This document shows, one piece after another, positions 40,188 to 52,000 of a stretch of DNA of 64,000 bases; position 1 is the first letter of the stretch; each line of letters opens with the position of its first letter. Position numbers and translations under genes: made by a program. Source of the stretch: Azolla caroliniana (taxonomy: Eukaryota; Plantae; Polypodiophyta); NCBI GenBank assembly GCA_043228905.1, contig JBHGNT010000016.1:5580001-5644000 (forward strand). Reading direction: 5' to 3'. Under the pieces are notes generated by a model. The model was not told the origin of the DNA. It saw only the letters and a list, made by a program, of their open reading frames with translations, and did not search any database.

Positions 40188-43100
40188 GAGAGAGAGAGAG
40201 AGAGAGAAAGGGTGAGAGAATGATGATAAAAGATATATATTATGTGAAGAGAGCATACAATAGTAGTTAGGAGGCTTAAGACTAGCGTTGAACCGATTTG
40301 GTTCGAAATAATGCCTTGTGCCTCCTTTTATAGTGTTCTCAGGAGTACTCCTGAAGTTTCTAGAATGTTCCAGAGAAATCTGGAATATACATCAATTTTC
40401 TATAATAAAACATAAATGAAAATAATACTCTATGTATTACAATGTATGGTCTAATGGTCAAGAGCTCGATCCATGTAGCATAAGGTCATGGGTTTGAGTC
40501 TTGCCATATCATGACACTATCCCCCCTTTAAAATGATGAGTGTCACGAGTCGTTTTGGATTGAGGACCCGGTTTGTCTGGATATTGACGATGGAAGTCTT
40601 CAAGAAGAGCACGAGCATTTGTCACATTCTCTATCGGTTCCCAAGTACGCTCGTTGGGACTATATCCTAGCCAATTGACTAGATAGTAGAGCTTGTTGCG
40701 AACAATCTTAGAATCAAGGATGGCGGCAACCTCGTACTCAGGTCCATCTTCAAGCTTGATTGGGGGTGGAGGCTGTATAATACGTCCTGGGATGGTGCTC
40801 TCTTGATAGGGTTCGAGAAGAGAACTATGAAACACCGGATGTATCCGAAGTTGCAGAGGTAGATCGAGACGAAAAGCAACATCATTAATCTTTCCTATAA
40901 TACGGAAATGACCTAATCGCCGATAATCCAACTTCTCGCATGGGTGAGTAGTCTTGATGTGTTGTCATAGTAGCCATACCCGATCTCCAATGTTAAAACT
41001 GGATGGAAGTCGATGACGATCCGCGTAAACCTTGTGTGTTTGTTGAGCTTGTTGGAGATGAGTAGATAAATCGGCTTGTATCTTGCGTAACCGCTCTAAA
41101 CGATCCTTTGCGCAAGGATTTGTGGACAACTCTGGGGTTTCAAATACACACCACCGGGGGTGAGAACCCGTATAAGCATAAATGGCGTAACTTTAGTCGA
41201 TGCGTGGACTGAATTATTGTAGGCAAATTCGGCGAAGTGGAGAATATTTACCCAGTCATCCTGATGATAGCTTAGAAAGCACCGAAGATATTGCTCCAGT
41301 GTTTGATTTGTTCGTTCTGCTTGGCCATTTGTTTGTGGGTGGTAGGGGGAGGAGAGGTTACAAGTGACCTTGAGCATTTTAAAAAGGTGCTTCCAGAATT
41401 TCGATACGAACTGGGGTCCACGGTCGCTAATGATACTATAGGGAAGGCCATGATGCCGACATACTTCACACATGATAATTTCAACGGTTTCTTCACTGGA
41501 TATTTCCTTAGTACATGGCAAGAAATGAGCCATCTTCGTATATTGATCTACGACTATTAGAATTGCATTGACTTAGAGACTGGAAGATTTGTGATGAAGT
41601 CTAGAGCAATGGATTGCCACGACTTGCTTGGAATTGGTAATGGTTCTAATAAACCATATGGATGATGCCTTGGCATTTTCGCTCTGCAACATGTATCACA
41701 AGTCCGAACAAAATCTTCGACAAATTGTCGAATATAGGGCCACCAAAATGATCGTTGTACTAAATCTAATGTTTTGTACTACCAAAATGCCCAACTGTAT
41801 ATGTGTCATGATAGTTTTGGACTACTCGAAGGCGGCAAGAACCATTAGGAACATACAAGAGTTCATTAAAGAATAGTAATCTATCATGGTATTTGAATTG
41901 TCGATAGTCTGTACCTGGTGGTTGCGACTGTGAACAAGATGCACGAGAGGGATCAATTTGTGCTAGAATGGCTTGGGCGAAAGCATCGGTCTTCAAGTCC
42001 TCACCTATAGTATCGATAATGTGGGAATCCATGGGCATGCCAAAGACTTGTGTTGCTTGCAATTGTGTCGATCCCAAGATTACTTGCTTTTGGTTATCAA
42101 AAGCTGGCTCACCGGGACGCGGTGCTAGGTACGAACGTTGTGATAATGCATCTGCCTTCCCTTGGTGCTTCCCCGGACGATATGTAATTTTGAAGTCGAA
42201 ACGCGTGAGGAAGTGGGCCCACCGAGCTTGACGTCGATTTAACACACGAGCGTCCTAAAAGTAGGCAAGGTTTTTGTGGTCACTAAATACGGTGACTTGA
42301 TGAGAGGATCCCTCTAGAAAATGCCTCCATTGCGTAAAAGAGTCCACTATTGCCAATAGCTCCTTATCATGAATTTCGTAGTTGATTTTGGCGGCGTCAA
42401 ACTTGCGTGAGTGAAAAGCCACAGGATGTAGCTTCTCATCATTACCCCGTTGTGACAGAATGCTCCCCAATGCGAAATCCGATGCGTCTGCTTCCATAAT
42501 GAATGGTTGTTCCGGATCGACATGAGCTAGAATTGGAGCCAATATAAATGCCTTTTTAAGACTCTCGAAAGCCATGTCCGTTTCTTTAGACCAAACGAAT
42601 GATTGTCCCTTCTTGGTAAGTTGTGTGAGAGGCAGAATGAGCTTTGAGTAATCTTGTATGAACTTTCGGTAAAAATTGGCAAAGCCTAAAAGCATTGCAC
42701 ATCTCGCATCGAATGCGGAGTTTGCCACTCTACCACAGTTTTGACCTTAGCTGGGTCCATGGAGATGCCTTCCGAGGAAATGACATAGCCCAAAAATTCC
42801 ACTTGGTTGCACCCAAAACTACATTTTTCCAGCTTTGCATAAAGATCATGTTCTCGAAGTCGTTTTAGTACTGATAGTACATGAGACTCACGCTCTTCTT
42901 GGGTCTTCGAATAAACCAATAGATCATCCAAATAGATGATCAAATAAACATCCAAGATATCTCGGAATATATCATTTGCCATGTGCTGGAAGACTGATGG
43001 TGCATTAGTGAGGCTGAACGGCATGACTGTATACTCGAAGTGCCCATATCTGGTGCGAAACGCGGTCTTCCATTCATCTCCTGGTTGGATCCGTACGAGG

Positions 43101-46100
43101 TTATAGGTTCCCCATAAGTTGATCTTCGTGAAGAACCTGGCACCATTGATCCGTTCTAAAAGACTTGAGATAAGGGGAAGTGCATACCTATTTCTGATTG
43201 TAACCTTATTCAAGCCATGGTAATCTACAACGAGACGAAGTGATCCATCCTTTTTCTTGACGAAGAAAATGGGTGCGCTGGTTGGAGATTTCGAATGCCG
43301 AATGAAACCATTTTCCAAATTCTCCTCTATATAGGCTCGTAGGACTTCTAGCTTGGTTGGTGACAAATTGTAGATTGGTCCCCATGGTGGCTCTTTCCCT
43401 GGTTGTAAATCGATGGGGCAGTCATACGGTCAATGGTGAGGAAGCGTATTGGCTTGTACTTTATCGAACACATCAACATAATGATGATACTTCTTTAGAA
43501 GTTGAACGGTGGACTCCTCTTTAATGGTGTTTGAGGGCATTACTGATATTGCGAAGAGAAACATTTCTTCCTTGCGTCCTTCCCGCAACTGATGTAGCGA
43601 AATGGTTGCAATCTCATGAGTAGACCCTCAGGCTTTTCGATACTGGATTTCTCTTGTTCTCCAATCTATGTTTGGGTTATGTAATTCGAACCATGGTAAT
43701 CCTAAAACAATGGGGTGTTCTGGGATGCTAATTATATTAAATGATACTACACATGTTAGATTATTTAGGACAATATTAGCGGGCTTTGACTCTTCTATGA
43801 TATTTCCGGAAGCAATGGGACGACCATCAATGACTACTACAGAGGCTGGACGCGGGAGTTTTTTGAGTGATATCTGATGAGCTTGGGAAAATTTCCTATC
43901 CATGAAGCAAGAATTAGCTTCGAAATCTAGAAGTGCTAAGACATGTATTGGAGGGGTATTTTTAGTACTAACTGTTACTTGGGCTACGAACACATTGCTA
44001 ACTTGCTTAGAGGGAATGGAACCACTAATGGGCTGCAAAGATCTAGGGCTGTCCAACCAAACGGCTCCTATTTTGGTTGAACTTAGTCGTTTAACTCTTC
44101 TTCTAACTGACTAAGGACATCAAATTTGTTCGCTAGATTTGGGCTATTAGTACTATTAGGACTATCAGATATCCCTACTGAAATAGACTCAGGTTCAGTA
44201 CAATTAGAATTAGCAACTATTTGGTTTACCTGCCTTCTTGGCCTATAGGGACAGTTTACACTGATATGCCCTGGTCCACCGCAATAAAGACATAGTCGGT
44301 TTGCTCGGCGTCGTTGCTTTTCTTCTTCCGATAGCGGTCCGCGATGACGTGTGGTGTCAATTTCCATCGGAGTTGGAGTACTTACTGGAGGTGCATTATA
44401 TGACTCCCTTGGAAAAGGTTTCACTACCACTGAGGCGTAAGTAGGCTCAAATCTTGCCCTTGGCATCTGGAACTGACGTTCTGAACGTCGTTCGAAGAGG
44501 CGATTGTCACATCTCACTGCGTGACTGATTGCTTTTGTTAATGACTTTGGTTCTTCGGGAAAGGTCAAGAGTAAATCTTTGACATCGTTACGTAGACCAT
44601 AACGAAATTGCTCCATTAACGCTTGATCATCCCAGGGGATATCGGAGGCAAGTAGACGAAAATCTGCAGCGTATGTGGAGGTTGGACGATCGCCTTGACG
44701 TAGTCGTCGGATTTTGTTGATTGTTGTCCTTATGCTGTCTGTATCTCTATAACAGGCTTTAAACTCACTTATAAATTCTTCAAAATTGTTTAGTAATGGA
44801 GATTCTTTTTCTAACAGCGGAGCGAACCATGACAACGTTGAGCCACTTAACAATGTGCCTACTAAACCCACTTGTGATGCATCGGTGGGATATCGGGAAG
44901 GATGCATTTGAATAACTAGTTATACCTGATTAAGGAACCCTCTAAATTGCGATTGCGTTCCATCGAATTTCATGGGAAGGCCGATCTTGGGTTCTTTATG
45001 AATCCCTTGTGTTCTGGGTCCTTATTGTTGCATCGCTACGATGGTTGCTTCGAGTTGTTGCACACGTAACATCAGCTCCCCGTGTTGTTGTTGTTTTTCT
45101 AGCACTATTTGTTGAAGATCCCCCAACAAACGATGATTTTCTTGTTCTAGTGCTACAAATTTCTCCTTTAAGCACTGGAGCTCCGAGAAAACATATTGGT
45201 ATTCTTGAGCACTAACAATTTCCATTTTACTAGGGAGGATAAGAGGATTAGTATGAAAGGAAGAAAGGGGTTAGAAGATGAGGGAAACAAAAAAGAAGAC
45301 CGGAAAAAGGGGATATGTAAGAAGATAAAAGGAAGAGGAGGAAAGGAGGAAATGGAAGGAGGACAGAAGGCAAATAGATTCAAACTGTAAGGATCAGTAC
45401 TAAGACATATAAGGAATTAGTACTAAAAGATAAGGATTAGTACTAAGAGAGGTGTAGAACGCTCGAGATAAGGAAAGAGTGAGAGCGAGAGAGAGATAGA
45501 GAGAGAAAGGGTGAGAGAATGATGATAAAAGATATATATTATGTGAAGAGAGTATACAATAATAGCTAGGAGGCTTAAGACTGGCGTTGAACCGATTTGG
45601 TTCGAAATAATGCCTTGTGCCTCCTTTTATAGTGTTCTCAAGAGTACTCCTGAAGTTTCTAGAATGTTCTAGACAAATATGGAATATACATCAATTTTCT
45701 ATAATAAAATATAAATGAAAATAATATTTTATGTATTACAATGTATGGTCTAATGGTCAAGAGCTCGACCCATGTAGTATAAGGTCATGGGTTCAAGGCT
45801 TGCCATATCATATGACATAATATAGTTTTGTAGTTAGGTGCAACATGTGTAGTATAATGTGTGAAGCATGAGCCTCCACATTTGTCCCTGTCATGATTAC
45901 ATTGGCATTGCAAAAAGGCCTCATTTATAGAGGAATCTACTAATGCATCATGTAGCAAGTGTCTCGCATCCCATCTACCAAACCATTTTTCTATAGCTTG
46001 CATCCAACCAAAACACAAAATTTTGCTTTTATGCGTCTTTTGGATCTTTTTGCTTGCTTTCCATACAATTCTAGGAAGTCGATGTGAGGGACTTTTTTGA

Positions 46101-46715
46101 TCCCTAAGCATGTATTCAACAACCCTTTCCATGGCCATGATCTCAATAGGAAGCGATCCCGTCTCAAGGAGGAGGGTGTAGGGTGTTTGTTTCTTAACTT
46201 GCAGAAACTTTGTAAGAAAATGTTTTTGGACATTTTCAAACTCTTTCCACATAGATTTAGGGATGCTACCGCCCCATACTTCCACCCCATAGAGAAGAAT
46301 CGATGTTACCAAAGTGTCGAAAAGATATTTCTTAAGGACCCAACACTTAATATCTCCAAGATTGCATGTGTTCTCAAATGCATAGTATGCTTGCTTACCC
46401 GCCTCTAAGCAGCGTCTAGCACATTCATTCCATCTATGATTTGAAGGAACTTCAAGGCCAAGATATTTGAAGCTTTCCACACATCCAAGTGGCTCATTGT
46501 TGTACATAATGCATGGTTTATCTCTTTTTTGGCTCTTCACAAGCATAATCTTTGTTTTACAGCTATTGACACTTAATTTAGTATGCATGCAAATTTTTTC
46601 CAATGCCTTCATAAGCTTTTGTGCATCTCCTAAAGTATTTGCAAAAAGCACTACATCATTTGCATATAGCAAAAGCATAATCATTACATTCCCAATAGCA
46701 ACTTCGTCAACACAT
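39608..46715 (-). mobile_element. 5'-truncated non-L1 LINE (RTE/RTEX- or L2-like RT C-terminal half), split by the chromovirus into 46715-45823 and 40032-39608, ending at a (TC)n tail
   Basis: Motifs LLLYANDVVLF, FKYLG, LLYGVEVWG, RLP. Removing the Gypsy insert and one TSD restores the frame NYKTI-FFAKRGNC...RLSSHALRCEIGRW...RLCTVC (C-terminal Cys motif). Confidence 0.85.
40033..45817 (-). mobile_element. Full-length but mutated Ty3/Gypsy chromovirus (Tcn1-like): gag, PR, RT, RNase H, integrase, chromodomain
   Basis: LTRs 45817-45386 and 40516-40033 (TGT...ACA). TSD gaata/taata. PPT ggggggatag. Gag CLYCGGPGH, RT YLDDLL, RNase H EADASDFALG, integrase SDRGPQF and HPQTNGQAER, chromodomain YEVAAILDSK...YLVNWLGY...TWEP. 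Stops and frameshifts present; roughly 20 substitutions between the LTRs. Confidence 0.96.
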
Positions 46716-48289
46716 GGGTGGGAATGGTAGGGGGTTCTAGATGGCCAAACCACCATCACCCATACGTGTTATAGTTCATCCTCAACCACACTCAATAACA
46801 TTGTTTTGTTTGATTAAGCTCATGGTCTCTTTAATGTGAGACAAGGAATTCAGGCACAAGCTAAGATAATCATTAATATTAGTTTGCAAACCTTATTTTG
46901 GTATTGTTTGTTGTATAATTGCCTTGCTCGACGATGTAAGAATGATGAAATAACAACAATGTATTTGGTTTGATCTTGGTCTGCAATTTTAAGTGAAGTG
47001 AACATTTATTGGCTTTTATACTTATCCTCGTTACAAAAGGGTTTCGGGTTCATAAAATGTCTATTAGACCAAGTAACTCCTAAAATATTCATGTACATGG
47101 CAAAGCATGACAAAATAAAAATATGTTGCTATAACATTACCATAAAAATGTGGTAATTCACTATTAGTTTTTGGATGTGATCATATAACTTGGAAAAGAA
47201 GGCACATTGGTTACAACTTACTCTCATATTGGATACCAAGAAAGAAGTTTGAGCTAAATGTGCAATAAAAGCCGAAGGGCCACCAATAGTGGATCTAAAG
47301 AGGCAACTTCTATCTTTTGGTTAGGCTCTTAGACCTTAGAACCCCACCAACAAAAAATGTGTTGAATTCTAAAGCAAATAACCAATTAGTGATATCAATA
47401 TGAAGCATTGAATGAATCAACAAAAATGACTATATAATGGATTTAATGTCACTTCAATACTTGAAAGCACAAGAAGAGAACACCACTAACACATATTCAC
47501 TGCTCACAAACATGGAGGCATGAAGAGTTAGATCTACTATACAATGTGGGAAACAAGAAGCTGTGTTTTCATAGGGTTCCTTTGGTGCCACCATATCATT
47601 ACTAGAGTGTGTAATAGGTAAACCAATAAGAAACATTAGGATGAAATTGTTTTATATAATATAATAGTTTTCTAATGCCCAAGACTTTATAACATGGTAA
47701 AATGGATGTGATACATCAAACCACGTCTTCTCCAATAAATGTCAACGCAAAGCATGGTAATTATGTTGACAATCTACCCTTGCCATTGTTCAATAGCTTA
47801 CGCATTGAAGACTAGCATACTTGCATCATTGCCACACTTAAAAACAACCATGTTGGCAATTCCTCATTGTGCTTTCAAACTAATATTTTCATCTTCTTTG
47901 CAACTCATAATAGGAGCAAATATTGGAGGTGTCAGTCTATATATGTGGAGGGATGTAAATATAATAAAATAAAATAGAAAATTTATCATTCACAATGAGA
48001 CCAATTTCAACATATCTTGTATATGACTTTTTTCCTTAAAATATGGGTTACTACTATGTAGTAAAAACTCTAGAAACTCTCAATATGAAAATAATGCATG
48101 CATATATGTGCGCACACGTCTCGGTGATAATTTGAGTATGACACTCACGTTATCATGCCCACTTAACAAATCATGTTTTTCACAAATTATGTTATAGGTT
48201 GAGCATTCAATAAGTGAGTTTCATACTCCACTAGGTTTTCATTACATACCTTGAATATTTTCATGTCTAAATGGTGATGATGCCTCAAT

Positions 48290-48440
48290 ACCTAACTTGT
48301 GTGAGTGAGTTTGAAGAAGAGTTAATGCTCTCTGAGAGCCAAGGCTCACGGGAGTAGTGAGATGCAATTGGATACATTTTGAAATTTGTTTTCCTTGCAT
48401 TGGGGCCAATATTCTGGGTTAATATTTGCCCCGATACCTA
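48290..48440 (-). mobile_element. Small LINE-derived fragment homologous to 57135-57260
   Basis: gagtttgaagaag(a/t)gttaa.gctct.tga.a.ccaaggc.ca.ggg.gtagt.agatgca.ttggata is shared between the two loci. Confidence 0.55.
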
Positions 48441-49091
48441 ATTGAAGAGTGACGCCCCACAACTAACAATCAATAGGTAACAAGAATATATAATTGATAT
48501 TACATAAGTATTTGGATGCAGGTAGATCTCTTAATTCTTTTATAAACACCAAAACGCCTTGCAGAAATCAAACTATCTGAGTCCAAGGATATGATATACA
48601 AGCAAAGCAATAATTAAACACAAAATGTGCCACCGAGTTGAGCATCTCACGCTCCTACCTTGTGAGAATCACTACTATACAACACGCGAATTTGCTTTTG
48701 TTCTCTTCATGGACAACCTTCCGTTTATTTCCTCTTCAAGCTTTCGTTTATGCTTTATATATATATTGTTCAATCTATATGATATAAGCACATTTTACAC
48801 CAGCCACTCTTGGGTGAGAACATAAAATATTTTGCAATGAATTGACAAACTGTACAGTGGAGCCAAAAATGGTTTCATTGAGAAAAAATCATCTTTTGTT
48901 TTGATGTGAACCCAAATTATCTGAAAGAATGCTTTATGAGTATCTGTTAATCCCTTGGAAGCACCTGACGAACTCCAACAGAGCCAATATCCACAACTTA
49001 TTGAGAATCTTGATATATAGTATATATCTATATAAATGTGACAGATAAGGGGCTACCTATCATGACTTATTTTCAGTCTTCCTCTTGTCTT

Positions 49092-52000
49092 TCACCTGCT
49101 TGCATTCACTAGATTGGCACCTTCAAGATTTGCACCTTCCAGAATCTGCCATGAAACATCTTAGAACAAAACAATCAGAAAACAGATGAAAGATTTCATA
49201 TGAGAAATGAAAGTACACAAATGTTGGAGTGCATGCCCCTCAGTGTTAGTAAGAGACAAAGCCATATTCATTAAAATTGAGATGGTTGAGTCCTATGTTT
49301 GGAGACCGTGAGGTTGTGAGGTTGTCAGTTCGATACACAGATGTAGCATGTAGTTTAGGAGAAGTGACCTAAAAATGTGTGGAAGGATTTGAGGTCATGA
49401 ATTTGTTTGATATCCTAATAACTCACTAAGGAGAAAAAAAGGGAATGAGAAACGTTAAAAAGAATCATAAAATTTCAAAATCGGTTTATATAAAGAGAGA
49501 TTTTTGAGAGATGATAAAAAGTTGGTAGATGTTAACTTAAATTTGTGCCAGAGCATTAAAGGTTCCTTCATTTATAAAATGACAGGAATGTTGATTTTAA
49601 TATCATAAATGATAGGAAGTTGAACGAAATAAAGAAAAAAATGCCAGAGTTTAAAAGGTTCAGTCATTTATAAAATGACAGGAGTGTTGATTTAATTGGT
49701 TGTGTGTAATGGGACAAAGGAAGAGATTGCATTTTTAATCAAACAGTTAGATCATCATGGCACATAAACATGATAAAAATGCAATATAGAAGAAGAGCGA
49801 GCATACTGAATCAAAACAGTTACATATTTATGATATAAATATGAGAAAAATGTGGGATTGAGGAAGATAAAACATACCGAATCCCGTAGATTAGCATCTC
49901 GTAGATACACACGTTGAAGATTCGCTTCTCGGAGGTTTGTACCAATTAATATCGCTCCCTAATAATAGATTATTCACGTCAAATTTCAAATAAAATAAAA
50001 AAGTTACACCTAGAAAATATATTGACAATGACCATTACGTTTATAACCTCCAAAATATATTAACAATAAACATCACGATAACCTCCAAAATATATTGACA
50101 ATGAACATTATGTTTATAACCTCCATCAGTGTTATACTAAAAGTTGTGTTTCAAAATCTCATCCATCACATATAAATCCAGGATGCATAAAAAACATAAA
50201 AGATAAATCGGTAAAATTTGAGAAATAGACATATAATATCATGTTCATTTCAATTAAGCAAAAAGAAAGACACCTTCAAATTAGCTCCTTCTAAATTTGC
50301 ACGATAAAGGTTGGCATTTGTAAGGTCAGCTCCCTGTCAAAATAGAAAACGGTAAGTAGTATCCCATCGCTGTGGAAATACAAAATATATTTATGCAGAA
50401 TAGATTTGAAAGAGAAATGGTTATATTACCTGAAGATGAGCTGACCTAAGATTAGCCTCACAAAAACTACATTCAACTAAGCAAGCATCTGAATTAGGTA
50501 TAGAAAAATAGATTAGAAAATGCCTTCATAAAACACTGGTGATTATATTTATTTCATGAAGACCACTGAGGAGATGATGCACTCCTTGATATCATTGAAA
50601 CTAAGGATCTGTCGCTCTTAGTGCAACCAAATATTAGCACAAGTCTATAATAGATAAACATATCTCACTTTGAATATTAACAACAGGAAAGACTATATAC
50701 ACACAATAATATCTCCCGAAAGGAATATATATATATATATATTTACACACATACATACTATAATATCTCCAGAAGGGATGTGTTCGGAAAGCACAGAGAA
50801 ACCCTTCAAGATTATTTTCGTGAGTCAACTATGACGTACAGAATAAATCCTGACTTAGCTGATGAGAATTACATTCTTAAAAGCTGTATCTATTGATCGT
50901 TTCACGGCTCTACAGCCATATATTCAGCCCACTTTGTTTCTCTCAGTGTATATGATGTAAGCTTTTTCACATAATGGTTTTTTGTACATAATCAGCCACT
51001 TGTTCCTTTAGAGGAAAAAACAAATCCCAAGCTTCACAAACACATGTACAATGGGGTATATGAAAATGACTGTATTGACACCCTCTCTAAATGGTTGCGA
51101 CTCAAAACCATGGTATGGTAGTACACTATCAGTAGTGAAGCCTAGAGCTTTCTGTAGTTCTTTAAAGAAGATGAAGGCATAAATAACAGACCTTGTAGGT
51201 TTGCACTCTGCAGGTTTGCACCTGCTAATAGCGCTCCACGAAGACTGGTTTTGTAAAATATACATCTGCAAAAACATTTAACCTCTTCATAATCTTAGAC
51301 AACAAAAAGAAAATGTTTTTTGAGACATTAAACTATGACTCTTAAATCTATATCCAACTACGAAAATAGATCAGAGATAAATGCGTATCTAAATCCTGGA
51401 TCTCAAATAATTTGGCATGTAAAGACTTTGTACCAGCCAAAAAGAAAGTATATATTATATATTTATGAATCAAGCTAAAATGAATGCACTTGATTAAAAC
51501 AAACAATCTAGTTCCTATCAGTACATAGTTCAGCACAGATTATGATTTTTTACTCGCGAAGAGTTGCATTATGGAAGTTTGAGCCATCTGCCTCTGCTTC
51601 CTGCCATCATTACAAACAACTGAATGTAAACCTGCTGCTTTAGACAGTTTGCATCCATAAACTTTTCAATAGTGAAGATATTTTGCATGGCTTACTGTAA
51701 ATTTAGCAGATTGAAGATTGGCTCTCGAAAAAAAAGTATTGACCAGTCGAGCAAAACTGAAATCTGCTTGAGATAAATCCTGCAAACAGTGGTATAATCA
51801 GGTTTTCTTCTAAGAGGCCTCACTGGCATGAAAAACAAAAACACTCAGCAACACTCTAAAAAACTTCTTTCATGAACCACCATGATCTCTTACCAAATAT
51901 CCTTGAGAAAAATTTCCCACCATTTGTAGATCATTATTCTATTGATTACAAGTGTTTCAATTCATATAGTTGGACAATGCATAATTTTTTTATACAGATA

